Positions 18,669 to 27,863 of a stretch of 64,000 nt of DNA are shown piece after piece. The stretch spans positions 1,408,001-1,472,000 of the forward strand of contig CBDBDQ010000005.1 of the NCBI GenBank assembly GCA_965203905.1, written 5' to 3'. Position 1 is the stretch's first letter. The number at the start of each line of letters is the position of its first letter. The notes under the pieces were generated by a model. That model was not told the DNA's origin. It did not search any database and saw only the letters and a program-made list of their open reading frames with translations. Source of the DNA: Spirochaetia bacterium. Its GTDB lineage: Bacteria > Spirochaetota > Spirochaetia > SZUA-6 > Bin103. The translations under genes and the position numbers were made by a program.

Positions 18669-19775
18669 GTGGAGACCGTCGTAGACCAGACCGATCCGCC
18701 CATCGAGGAACCGGAAGGTCTGGATGACGGTGGTGGATCGTGGGGTGATTACCCGCTCGACGATGTCCTCATCCGCCACGAAAACCGCACGATTCACGAC
18801 GTCATTCGGCGTATCGAGCAGGGGGGATACGTCATGGATCCCGAGTTCCAGCGCGATTTCATCTGGGATGAGGACAAACAGAGCAAACTGATCGAATCGG
18901 TAATCATGCGCATCCCGCTGCCGGTGTTCTACCTGGCCGAAGACGACGAGGGTCGGATGGTGATCGTGGACGGGCTGCAGCGTCTATCCACGTTCCGGCG
19001 TTTCGTAAAAAACGACCTGCAACTCCGGCTTCCCGACCGTAACGAACTCGACGGCATGCCGTTTCGAGATCTGTCGTCGAAACTGCAGAATCGGGTCGAA
19101 GACTGCAATCTCATTTTCTACATCATCGACTCGAAGGTTCCGGAGCGAGCGCGGCTGGACATCTTCGAGCGCGTCAACAGTGGAGAGCCGCTTACCCGGC
19201 AGCAGATGCGCAACAGCCTGTTCATGGGCAAGGGGACGCGGTTCCTTAAAGCGGAGTCGCGGACCGACGTATTTCTTGACGCGACGGGACGCAGCCTGAA
19301 CGTGAAGAAGATGCGAGACAGGGAGTTCGTAAATCGCTTTTGCGCGTTTCAGCTCCTCTCGCTCGATGAGTATCACGGAGACATGGACGACCATCTTGCC
19401 GAGTGCCTGCGCAGGATGAATCGGATGACCGAGGATGAGCTGTCGCGGCTGGCGGTTCAGTTCCGCAGAAGCCTTGCCAGCAACTACGAGTTGTTCGGGC
19501 GCCACGCATTCAGGAAGCATGGCCCGGATCAGGGACGCCGCAGCGTTCTCAATGCATCCTTCTGGGACGTGATGTCCACCGGGCTGTCCCGCTATGCGCC
19601 GGATCGAGTGGCGGCACGGGCGGAGTTTCTGCGTACGGCAGTGCACCGGCTGCTGCAGGACGAAGCGTTCAATACCGCGATCACCTACGGTCCGAATGAC
19701 TCGCGCAAGGTACGGCAGCGGTTCCATTTGTCCGGGAAGATGCTTGACGAGGTGTTCGGTGCTGGAACGGATTGA
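18669..19775 (+). CDS. DUF262 (ParB/GmrS-like) protein, Menshen NsnA-like
   Basis: PEFQRDFIW, LIES...IPLP, VDGLQRL, IFERVNSG; GTG after GGAGGAG (ATG 18642 is an alternative). Confidence 0.85.
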   Translation: METVVDQTDPPIEEPEGLDDGGGSWGDYPLDDVLIRHENRTIHDVIRRIEQGGYVMDPEFQRDFIWDEDKQSKLIESVIMRIPLPVFYLAEDDEGRMVIVDGLQRLSTFRRFVKNDLQLRLPDRNELDGMPFRDLSSKLQNRVEDCNLIFYIIDSKVPERARLDIFERVNSGEPLTRQQMRNSLFMGKGTRFLKAESRTDVFLDATGRSLNVKKMRDREFVNRFCAFQLLSLDEYHGDMDDHLAECLRRMNRMTEDELSRLAVQFRRSLASNYELFGRHAFRKHGPDQGRRSVLNASFWDVMSTGLSRYAPDRVAARAEFLRTAVHRLLQDEAFNTAITYGPNDSRKVRQRFHLSGKMLDEVFGAGTD

Positions 19776-20928
19776 TCTGCGCCATTTCAAGTGCTTCGAG
19801 CTGCTGAAGCTGCCGCTGCGGCCGTTGACCCTGCTCTCCGGCGTGAACGCATCCGGGAAGTCGTCCGTGCTCCAGGCGCTGGTGCTCCTGCACCAGACGA
19901 TGCGAGAGCACGAGTGGTCGTCTCGCCTGATGCTCAACGGTTCGACCATCCGCCTCGGCACCGTCGCCGACGTTATCGATCAGGTGCACGGCCAGCGCAC
20001 CTGCTGGATTGGCCTTGTGGATGACGCAGCGGAGCACGGATGGGAACTCACCGGCGACCGCGCCGAGATGTCCCTGAGCGTCGCGCGCGTCCGTGCCGGT
20101 GACGTCGAGGAAGATCGGCCTGGTGTGCTTCGTCGCCTGCTGCCGTCCGCGTTCCACACCGATCTGAGCGAAACTGGCGTGACGTGGGCATCATCGCTAA
20201 CGGGCCGCCTGACAGGTCTCACTTATCTGACCGCTGAGCGGCTGGGGCCGCGGGAGACCTATCCACTGCGAGATCCGCAGCACGCTTCGATTGTTGGCCC
20301 GCGTGGGGAACATGCCGTCAGCATGCTCTATTGGCGTAGCGACTCGCGGGTTGCCGACGGGCTGGCGATCGCGGGCGTCCCCCCAACGCTGCAGCGGCAG
20401 ATCGAAGCTCGCATGGGCGTCTTCTTTCCCGGATGTGAATTGACGGTGCAGAAGGTCCCGCAGACCGACGCGGTAACGCTGGGGCTGCGCACCTCGCGGA
20501 GCGTCGACTTCCAGCGCCCGATTCACGCCGGTTTCGGGTTGACCCAGGTACTCCCCATAGTGGTTGCGGCGCTTTCGGCGCAGCGCGACGATCTCCTGCT
20601 GATCGAGAATCCCGAGGTCCATCTGCACCCCGCCGGGCAGGCCACGATGGGCGAGTTCCTGGCAGTAGTCGCCGCGGCCGATGTGCAGATCTTGATCGAA
20701 ACCCACAGCGATCACGTGTTGAACGGCATCAGAAGGGCGGTCAAGAAGCGGATGCTGCCGCCTGAGGACGCGGCCCTTCATTTCTTCCAACCGCGGCGTG
20801 AGCAGCAGGACGCCGTTCCGCAGGTGCAGAGCCCGCGGCTTGATGCGAACGGCGGCATCGACTCGTGGCCGGACGGATTCTTCGATCAGTTCGACAAGGA
20901 CATGAACTACTTCGCCGATTGGAGTTGA
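19759..20928 (+). CDS. AAA ATPase with DUF3696, Menshen NsnB-like
   Basis: FKCF, GVNASGKSS, GFGLTQVLP, IENPEVHLHP, IETHSDH, WPDGFFDQ. Confidence 0.88.
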   Translation: MLERIDLRHFKCFELLKLPLRPLTLLSGVNASGKSSVLQALVLLHQTMREHEWSSRLMLNGSTIRLGTVADVIDQVHGQRTCWIGLVDDAAEHGWELTGDRAEMSLSVARVRAGDVEEDRPGVLRRLLPSAFHTDLSETGVTWASSLTGRLTGLTYLTAERLGPRETYPLRDPQHASIVGPRGEHAVSMLYWRSDSRVADGLAIAGVPPTLQRQIEARMGVFFPGCELTVQKVPQTDAVTLGLRTSRSVDFQRPIHAGFGLTQVLPIVVAALSAQRDDLLLIENPEVHLHPAGQATMGEFLAVVAAADVQILIETHSDHVLNGIRRAVKKRMLPPEDAALHFFQPRREQQDAVPQVQSPRLDANGGIDSWPDGFFDQFDKDMNYFADWS

Positions 20929-20929
20929 C

Positions 20930-21877
20930 GTGGAACTCCTCGCCAACGAACTGTCCGTCCACGGACAGTTCCAGACACTGGGAGAGTTCCGGGCTGCGCT
21001 GGCGCGGTTGATGAAGATGCGCGCGACCGCTCTGCGCTTTGGCCGGGAGGTGTATTGCACTCGCGCATTCCTTCAGGCTCGCGCCGTGCGGAACCACCCG
21101 ATGATCCGATCGCTGCAGCAGCTCGCCGTCGACGACCGGCGGGTTGTGATGCACTGGTTGACCCGTGGTGGCCCGTTCTGGGACGACCTGCGCCAGCATG
21201 GTGGCAGCGACTGGCTGGAGTGCCGATGTGAACCTGTGACCGACTCAGCGGTGGGCGAAGCGGCGTACCGGGCGCTGCACGGGTTCGCCTCCGGCTTGGT
21301 CAGCGCCACGCCGTCTGACTGGGACTTCTCCCCGGTAGATGTGACGTGGTGGCAGGGCGTGGGAGTGCCAGACCAACGCGTGGCTCTCGACAACTTCCGC
21401 GACGAGGTGGCCCTGGAGCAGACCCTTCGTGCGGTCGCGTCGCCGATCAGGTCGTGGGATGAATTGCGCAGTAGCGTATCGACGCGGCAGTTTGAGCACT
21501 TGGCCTTCGCCGGCGATTGCTTCGGGTACCTTGATGGGGTGCCGTTCGCCCGAGGTGCGGCCGAACGATTTCTGGTACTGCTCGACATCCTGAATCGGCT
21601 CGCCGGCGCCGGCATCGGTTCTCCGGCCGGGAAGCAGATTCTCAGCAGGCATTTCATGGGACCGCGGCCGCTGTTCTCCGACTCCTCCGACAGCGAGAAA
21701 CGGGAATTTCGCACCAAGTTGACATTCCCGCATCCGGATGGGAGTGGAGCGTCGTTGTTCTGCACCTGGCACGGAAAGGTATCCCATCAGACGCTCCGGC
21801 TGCACTACTGGTGGTCCGGTAGCGCGGATAACCCAGTCTACGTCGTCTATGCCGGTCCCAAGATTACCAAGCGATGA
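20930..21877 (+). CDS. putative defence effector (Menshen NsnC-like) with RelE-like C-terminal pattern
   Basis: Third gene, coupled to the DUF3696 gene; C-terminus WHGK..LRLHY..VYVVYAGPK. Confidence 0.65.
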   Translation: MELLANELSVHGQFQTLGEFRAALARLMKMRATALRFGREVYCTRAFLQARAVRNHPMIRSLQQLAVDDRRVVMHWLTRGGPFWDDLRQHGGSDWLECRCEPVTDSAVGEAAYRALHGFASGLVSATPSDWDFSPVDVTWWQGVGVPDQRVALDNFRDEVALEQTLRAVASPIRSWDELRSSVSTRQFEHLAFAGDCFGYLDGVPFARGAAERFLVLLDILNRLAGAGIGSPAGKQILSRHFMGPRPLFSDSSDSEKREFRTKLTFPHPDGSGASLFCTWHGKVSHQTLRLHYWWSGSADNPVYVVYAGPKITKR

Positions 21878-21892
21878 GGGAGAATGGCGCTG

Positions 21893-22084
21893 CTATGCTC
21901 GTCGAAATCGACCAGGAGCGCCTACAGTGCAAATGAGTAGGTACGCGATTCTCCGACGAGCCTTGTCTTCCAGCGGCCTCGGATCATAGATCGCTCCACC
22001 ACGAGGGACCGGAACGTCATGGATCTCCTGCTCCGATGACCGCTCCGCTTCCGCCACTTCGGTGGCTCGCGCTCGTTCGCTCAT
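21893..22084 (-). CDS. small hypothetical protein, probably a truncated membrane protein
   Basis: YDPRPLEDKARRRIAYLLI, then the hydrophobic stretch breaks off; downstream of the RHH gene. Confidence 0.4.
   Translation of the reverse strand: MSERARATEVAEAERSSEQEIHDVPVPRGGAIYDPRPLEDKARRRIAYLLICTVGAPGRFRRA
21987..22006 (+). repeat. exact 20-bp direct repeat, copy 2
   Basis: TAGATCGCTCCACCACGAGG. Confidence 0.9.
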
Positions 22085-22093
22085 GGAGACCGA

Positions 22094-22318
22094 CTACTGT
22101 CGGATCATTTCTCTGAGCGGCTGACCCGGTGCGCCAAAGAAAATCTTGCGCTTCTTCCTTTGCTGATCCACGATGAATTTCTCCAGGATGATCGAGCGCC
22201 GCAGCACGTCATTGAAGGAGACTCCATCGATGCCGGCCTGGGTCTTCAGGAACTCCACTTCTTCCGACGTCAGGTGGACGGTGACTTGTTGCACGGTGCT
22301 CTTCCTGGTGCCCGCCAT
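22094..22318 (-). CDS. ribbon-helix-helix (CopG-like) DNA-binding protein
   Basis: QVTVHLTSEEVEFLK..A...GVSFNDVLRRSI; SD GGAGAG. Confidence 0.65.
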   Translation of the reverse strand: MAGTRKSTVQQVTVHLTSEEVEFLKTQAGIDGVSFNDVLRRSIILEKFIVDQQRKKRKIFFGAPGQPLREMIRQ

Positions 22319-22451
22319 GGCATTCTCTCCTTCGCGCGCTTTCGCAGCAATGGCCCGGTAGCTCAATCCGGGGACTACATAGCATATCAGCCCACCGCCC
22401 CGCACGCCCCCCTCGTCGTCGACGAGTCGACGAGCATCGACAAGTTGCACC

Positions 22452-22670
22452 GCGGCATGAGCAGCGACCCAGGCCCATCCCAGGCGCCGCCCCGGGCCGC
22501 GGCCGCGGAGTCCAGCACGGAGGAACGCTACTACTTCGCCTCGCAGTGGCGACGGCGTGGTGATCGGCGGCGGCGCCGGCTACGTGGGCGGCGCGGTGGA
22601 CACCGTGATCCGCCGGTTGTGTGCTGGGCGTGCTGCTTACCAGCGCCCGGAACTTCCGCAGCGTCGCCCT
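22452..22670 (+). pseudogene. collapsed remnant of a DppC-like permease (three joined segments)
   Basis: gcggcatgagcag...gaacgctactacttcgcctcgcagtggc (~16505-16660) + gtggtgatcggcggc..ggctacgtgggcggcgcggtggacaccgtgatc (~17140-17193) + gctgggcgtgctg..accagcgcccggaacttccgca (~17558-17604). Confidence 0.88.
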
Positions 22671-22721
22671 CGGTGAAGCCGTCTGGACGCCTTGGTATCA
22701 CGCGTGATACATTCCCGGACC

Positions 22722-22958
22722 GTGGCGAATGTGACGATCCGAGACCTCAGAAACCATGGCCGCGAGGTGATTGACCGTGTGTTGGGCGGAGAACGGCTCA
22801 CCGTGACCCGCTCGGGCCGGCCGGTGGCGGAGTTGCGTCCCCTCGCGCCGCGCGGGCTCGATGCGGCCACGCTCCTCGAGCGGTGGCAGCGATTGCCGGC
22901 AGTCGATGCGGCGCAGTTCAGACGCGATCTCGACCAAGTCCTGGACCCGGCGCTTTGA
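22722..22958 (+). CDS. Phd/YefM family antitoxin
   Basis: VTIRDLRN...VTRSGRPVAEL. Confidence 0.88.
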   Translation: MANVTIRDLRNHGREVIDRVLGGERLTVTRSGRPVAELRPLAPRGLDAATLLERWQRLPAVDAAQFRRDLDQVLDPAL

Positions 22959-23401
22959 GCGAAGGCGAAACCCCGACGCACGGCCTGCTGGACACCAATA
23001 CCGTCATTCTGCTCGCGCGACTGCGGGATCCGCAGCAGCTGCCGCCGGTGCCGGCCATTTCGACAGTCTCGCTGGCCGAACTCTCGGTCGGTCCCCTGGT
23101 GGCCACGACGGAGCGGGAACGGGCAGCGCGGCAAGCACACCTGCAACAGGCGGAGGCGGACTTCGAGCCAATCCCCTTCGGTGCGGTGGCAGCACGCGCG
23201 TTCGGCCAAGTCGCCGCCGATCTGCGGCGCTCGGGGCGCAAGACCTCCATCCGCGCCTATGACGCGCTGATCGCTGCCACCGCGATCGCGAACGGATTGC
23301 CGCTGTACACGGTCAACCCGGACGACTACGCCGGAATCACCGGCCTCACTGTCGTGGCAGTGGCGCACCCAGATGTCGGGCGTCACACGGTCACAGAATA
23401 G
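22955..23401 (+). CDS. vapC: PIN-domain toxin
   Basis: LLDTN, SLAEL, YDALIAATA, LYTVNPDD. Confidence 0.9.
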   Translation: MSEGETPTHGLLDTNTVILLARLRDPQQLPPVPAISTVSLAELSVGPLVATTERERAARQAHLQQAEADFEPIPFGAVAARAFGQVAADLRRSGRKTSIRAYDALIAATAIANGLPLYTVNPDDYAGITGLTVVAVAHPDVGRHTVTE

Positions 23402-23673
23402 CGCCTTACTTGAACCTCGCCCTCCCGCTCGCGGGCTCGGGCTATGTCGTAAGAGACCTGCATGCGCATGAGCGTGTCCATCTTGACGCCGAACGCCTTC
23501 TCGATGCGCAGCGCCATGATGCTGGACAAGTCGGAGCGGCCGTTGAGAAACGACGACAACGTGGGGCGAGACACCCCGAGCGCCCCAGCGGCAGCGCCGA
23601 CGGTCAGGCCGAGAGGCTCGATCACTTCCGTTCTTACGACCGCACCCGGGTGCGGCGGGTTGAGCATGCGCAT
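23383..23673 (-). CDS. higA: HigA family addiction-module antitoxin
   Basis: NPPHPG, AAGALGVSRPTLS, MALRIEKAFG. Confidence 0.9.
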   Translation of the reverse strand: MRMLNPPHPGAVVRTEVIEPLGLTVGAAAGALGVSRPTLSSFLNGRSDLSSIMALRIEKAFGVKMDTLMRMQVSYDIARAREREGEVQVRRYSVTV

Positions 23674-23687
23674 GCACTTATCCCCAA

Positions 23688-23972
23688 TTAGTGGTAGTCC
23701 TCGAGGTTGATGTCGAAGACCTGGTCGCCATCGATGCGGAAGGTTAGCCGCCAATTACGGGTGACATGGAGGCTCCACGTGCCCTTTCGGTCGCCAGTGA
23801 GGCGATGAGCCCGCCAGATGGGTATCGCGTACAACTCCTCCTCCGCATCCATGTCTTGCAGGAATCCCAGCATCTTGCGGAGCTTGTCCACCGCAGACGC
23901 CGGAACCTCCGTGGGATCGTCCTTCAGAAACAGGCGGCGAACGCCCCGGTGGGCGATGCCCTGTACCGTCAC
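23688..23972 (-). CDS. higB: HigB/RelE-like toxin
   Basis: HRLTGDRKGTWSLHVTRNWRLTF, LEDYH. Confidence 0.92.
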   Translation of the reverse strand: MTVQGIAHRGVRRLFLKDDPTEVPASAVDKLRKMLGFLQDMDAEEELYAIPIWRAHRLTGDRKGTWSLHVTRNWRLTFRIDGDQVFDINLEDYH

Positions 23973-24027
23973 CTGTCAAGTGTAGCATAACACCTTACGG
24001 ACTACCACAGGAGCGCGGCTGGCTTTG

Positions 24028-24056
24028 TTGACGCCACTGGAGGGGGACCGGATAAT
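24028..24056 (+). promoter_or_regulatory. putative sigma70 promoter of the sugar ABC operon
   Basis: TTGACG-17-GATAAT. Confidence 0.6.
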
Positions 24057-24124
24057 GGGCCGTCCGGCGAGCCATCGGCACTCCCTGCGGGCTCAGTCTG
24101 CCGCAACGCCGGAACGCAGCCTCC

Positions 24125-25090
24125 ATGTCTGAGCCACTGGTACAATCGGCTCCCCGCTCCGCCGAGCTGCCCGCCAGCCGCCGCTGGACCTGGCGCAACA
24201 TCAGCCGCAACTGGGAGATGTACCTGATGGTGCTGCTCCCCGTGGCGTGGCTGGTCGTGTTCATGTACCTGCCGATGTACGGCAACGTGATCGCCTTCAA
24301 GCGGTTCGTGCCGGCGCGCGGCATCCTGGGCAGCGACTGGATCGGCTTCGCTCACTTCATCCGCTTCTTCGAGTCGTTCAAGTTCCGCGAGATCATGTGG
24401 AACACCTTCTACCTGAACGCCTACGACCTGGTGTTCGGGTTCCCCATCCCCATCGTCCTGGCGCTGATCCTCCACTACGCCCCCTGGGCGCGCTACCGCA
24501 AGACGGTGCAGATGGTGACCTACGCCCCCCACTTCATCTCCACGGTGGTGATGGTCGGCATCATCATGAAGCTGTTCTCGCAGCGCATCGGCCTGATCAA
24601 CGTCGGCCTGCTGCAGTTCGGCATGCAGGAGGTCAACTTCCTCGGCGACGCCTCCTGGTTCCCCCACGTCTACGTGTGGACCGGCATCTGGCAGAACATG
24701 GGCTGGGGGGCGATCATCTTCCTGGCCGCGCTGGCGGCGGTGGACCCCGAGCTGCACGAGTCGGCCAAGGTGGACGGCGCCACCATCTGGCGCCGCATGT
24801 GGCATATCGACATCCCCGGCATCCTGCCGGTAATCATCATCCTGCTGATCCTGCGCTCCGGCCAGATCCTGAACATCGGCTTCGAGAAGGTGTTCCTGAT
24901 GCAGAACCCGCTCAACATCGGCGCCTCCGAGGTGGTGGACACCTACGTCTACAAGGTGGGCCTGCGGTCGCGCAGCCCCAATTTCTCCTACGCCACCGCC
25001 ATCGGGCTGTTCAAGAATGCGATCGCATTCCTGCTGCTGCTGACGGTGAACCGCATCTCCAAGCGGATGAGCGAGACCAGCCTGTGGTGA
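24125..25090 (+). CDS. carbohydrate ABC permease (LplB/YteP-like)
   Basis: YLPMYG..IAFK, YAPHFIS, ESAKVDGA, GFEKVFLMQN. Confidence 0.92.
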   Translation: MSEPLVQSAPRSAELPASRRWTWRNISRNWEMYLMVLLPVAWLVVFMYLPMYGNVIAFKRFVPARGILGSDWIGFAHFIRFFESFKFREIMWNTFYLNAYDLVFGFPIPIVLALILHYAPWARYRKTVQMVTYAPHFISTVVMVGIIMKLFSQRIGLINVGLLQFGMQEVNFLGDASWFPHVYVWTGIWQNMGWGAIIFLAALAAVDPELHESAKVDGATIWRRMWHIDIPGILPVIIILLILRSGQILNIGFEKVFLMQNPLNIGASEVVDTYVYKVGLRSRSPNFSYATAIGLFKNAIAFLLLLTVNRISKRMSETSLW

Positions 25091-26019
25091 GAGCCCTGCG
25101 CCGCGGCCGGCCCGGGATCCGTCACGCGCGCGAGGACCGGCTGTTCTACCTGATCAACGGGACCCTGATGACGCTGCTGTTCATCATCGTGGTCTACCCC
25201 CTGATCTACATCGTCAGCTCCTCCTTCTCCGATGCCAACGAGGTGCTGGCCGGTCGCGTCTGGCTGCTGCCGCGCAAGCCCTCGCTGGAGGGCTACCAGG
25301 CGGTGTTCGAGTTCAAGCAGCTCTGGGTCGGCTACGGCAACACCGCCTTCTACACCGTGTTCGGCACCACGTACAACCTGCTGATGACCATGCTGGTGGC
25401 CTACCCGCTGTCGCGCCGCGACTTCGTGGGGCGCAGCCTGCTGATGTTCCTGTTCGCCTTCACCATGTTTTTTCAGGGTGGCCTGATTCCGACCTACCTG
25501 CTGATTCGGAGTCTCGGCCTGCTGGACACGCGCGCGGTGATGATCGTGCCGTGGGCGATCGTGGTGATCAACGTGATCATCACCCGCACCTACCTGGAGG
25601 CCAACGTGCCCAACGAGCTGTACGAGGCGGCGTGGGTGGACGGCGCTTCCAACACCCGCATGCTGTGGGCGATCGTGGTGCCGGTGTCGGGGCCGATCAT
25701 CGCCGTGATCACCCTGTTCTACGCGGTGATGCACTGGAACCAGTTCTTCAACGCGCTGATCTACCTGCGCAACGAGCAGCTCGTGCCGCTGCAGATCGTG
25801 CTGCGCGAGATCCTGATCATGAACTCGTCGGCGGCGATCGACGACCTGATGGCCGACATCACCGAGGAGCAGCTGCTGCAGATGACCAAGCGCGAGTACC
25901 TGCAGGCGCTGATCCAGTTCGCGCTGATCGTGGTCGCCACGGTGCCGGTGCTGGTCGCCTACCCGTTCGTGCAGAAGTACTTTGTGCGCGGCGTGATGAT
26001 CGGCGCGATCAAGGGATGA
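25087..26019 (+). CDS. carbohydrate ABC permease (LplC-like)
   Basis: AYPLSR, GGLIPTY, EAAWVDGA, YPFVQKYFVRG. Confidence 0.92.
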   Translation: MRALRRGRPGIRHAREDRLFYLINGTLMTLLFIIVVYPLIYIVSSSFSDANEVLAGRVWLLPRKPSLEGYQAVFEFKQLWVGYGNTAFYTVFGTTYNLLMTMLVAYPLSRRDFVGRSLLMFLFAFTMFFQGGLIPTYLLIRSLGLLDTRAVMIVPWAIVVINVIITRTYLEANVPNELYEAAWVDGASNTRMLWAIVVPVSGPIIAVITLFYAVMHWNQFFNALIYLRNEQLVPLQIVLREILIMNSSAAIDDLMADITEEQLLQMTKREYLQALIQFALIVVATVPVLVAYPFVQKYFVRGVMIGAIKG

Positions 26020-26096
26020 TTTTGAAGACTTTTTTTGAGGACTTTGAGGATCGGGTGTCACCCGACGTCGTCATTCGACAGAGAAGGAGCGTATCC

Positions 26097-27815
26097 ATGA
26101 AGAGAACGCTATTCGCAGCGCCGCTGTTGGCGCTGGTTGCCATGCTGGCGGTTGCCGCCGGAGAGGGGGAGGGCGCCGCCACGAGCCTGGAGCTGAGCGC
26201 GCCCGGCGAGTATCCCATCGTGCAGGAGAAGCAGACCATCTCGGTGATCGGCACCTACGATCAGCGGCTGGCCTCCGGCACGCTGGAGGACGCCAAGTTC
26301 ACCCTGTGGTTCGAGGAGCTCACCAACATCCACATCGACTGGGTGGAGATGATCGAGTGGGAGGAGGCGGTCGAGAAGTACAACCTGATCCTGGCCTCCG
26401 GCGACCTGCCCGACGTGCTGATTCCGCACTCGCGGATCACCGTGCAGCAGGCGTTCGACCAGGGCGCCGCCGGGGCCTTCGTCGGCCTCAAGGACCTGAT
26501 CGCCGAGCACATGCCCGGCCTCAGCGCGCGCCTCGCCGAGGTGCCGGAAGTGCACAAGCGCATCACCATGCCGGACGGCGAGAACTACTACTTCCCGATC
26601 GTTTCCGCCGGCTGCTTCCACTGCCAGTACTCGACCAAGATGTGGGTCTACAAGCCGTGGGTCGACCAGCTCGGCCTGAAGTGGCCGCCGGAGACTCCGG
26701 ACGAGTTCGCCGACATGCTGCGCGCGTTCCGCGACCAGGACCCCAACGGCAACGGCAAGCAGGACGAGATCCCGTTCCTGTCCGCCACCAGCGGCTGGAA
26801 CGTCGATCCGATCTCGTTCCTGATGAACGCGTGGATCTACACCGTGCACCCCTACGACCTGAACTACGGGGCGCTCCTGGAGCGCTCGCCGAGCGACGTG
26901 CGCTTCGTGGCCAACACCGACGAGTGGCGCGACGGGTTGAAGTACCTGCGCATGCTGCACGACGAGGAGTTGCTGGCCGAGGAGTCGTTCGTGTGGACCG
27001 AGAAGGAGGCCAAGCAGACCACCGAGAACCCCGACTATCCCATCGTCGGATCGTTCCAGGGCGGCTGGTTCGGCCGCTTCACCATCCACGGCGGCGGCAC
27101 CGGGCGCTTCGCCGACTTCAAGCCGATTCCGCCGCTGCGCGGTCCCAGCGGGCTGCAGCAGACGCGCTACCATCCGCCCTCGGTGAACGTGCAGTCGGTG
27201 ATCACCAGCGCCGCCGCGCACCCGGCGATGATCGCCAAGATGGTCGACTGGTTCTACGAGGACCCGATCGCACACGCGCTGCTGGCGCGCAACTTCCTGC
27301 AGGAAGGATCGGAGTGGCGCTACCTCACCGAGGAGGAGAAGAAGCTGGGCTGGGTGACCCGCGACGGCGGGCCGGCCAAGACCATCCGCCTGGAGAGCGC
27401 GGTCTACTCGCTGGACCTGGATGACGACGGCTGGTCGCGCACCACGCTCGGGAACTGGGAGTGGAACGCGCACAGCGCCATGCCGCCGGAGTGGGAAGGC
27501 GATCCGACCCGCGTCGAGTGGCGGCTGATGGTGGCGACCCGCGACCTGATGCTGCCCTACCGGGTGGAGAAGCACATCCCGCCGGACGTGATCTTCCAGG
27601 GCATGGAGCAGGAAGAGCTGGTCGACCTGACCGAGACCATCACCAGCCGCAACGGCCTGGTGATGCAGCGCGCCGCCGAGTTCATCACCGGCAAGCGCGA
27701 CATCCACGACGACGCCACCTGGGACGCCTACGTGGACGAGCTGGAGCGCGCCGGCGTGGAGCGCTACGTCGAGCTGTGGCAGGACGCGTTGCAGAACTCC
27801 GGCTACTTCAACTGA
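26097..27815 (+). CDS. extracellular solute-binding protein (carbohydrate, LplA-like)
   Basis: Signal peptide, LASGDLPD, DPNGNGKQDEIP; SD AAGGAG. Confidence 0.9.
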   Translation: MKRTLFAAPLLALVAMLAVAAGEGEGAATSLELSAPGEYPIVQEKQTISVIGTYDQRLASGTLEDAKFTLWFEELTNIHIDWVEMIEWEEAVEKYNLILASGDLPDVLIPHSRITVQQAFDQGAAGAFVGLKDLIAEHMPGLSARLAEVPEVHKRITMPDGENYYFPIVSAGCFHCQYSTKMWVYKPWVDQLGLKWPPETPDEFADMLRAFRDQDPNGNGKQDEIPFLSATSGWNVDPISFLMNAWIYTVHPYDLNYGALLERSPSDVRFVANTDEWRDGLKYLRMLHDEELLAEESFVWTEKEAKQTTENPDYPIVGSFQGGWFGRFTIHGGGTGRFADFKPIPPLRGPSGLQQTRYHPPSVNVQSVITSAAAHPAMIAKMVDWFYEDPIAHALLARNFLQEGSEWRYLTEEEKKLGWVTRDGGPAKTIRLESAVYSLDLDDDGWSRTTLGNWEWNAHSAMPPEWEGDPTRVEWRLMVATRDLMLPYRVEKHIPPDVIFQGMEQEELVDLTETITSRNGLVMQRAAEFITGKRDIHDDATWDAYVDELERAGVERYVELWQDALQNSGYFN

Positions 27816-27835
27816 GCCGATAACCGTTCGGGGTG

Positions 27836-27863
27836 GGCGGCGGGCCACGGTCTGCCGCCTGCC
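27836..27863 (+). terminator. GC-rich hairpin after the SBP stop
   Basis: GGCGGCGGGCC-AC-GGTCTGCCGCC; no T-tract. Confidence 0.4.

Noticed and set aside
23383-23401. Convergent overlaps (vapC/higA; also 60416-60501)
   Set aside because: Short 3' overlaps are common in GC-rich genomes with few stop codons
24002-24030. Minus-strand ...AALLW* resembling an LplB permease end upstream of higB
   Set aside because: Only a few codons match and it overlaps a promoter; too weak to count as another permease remnant
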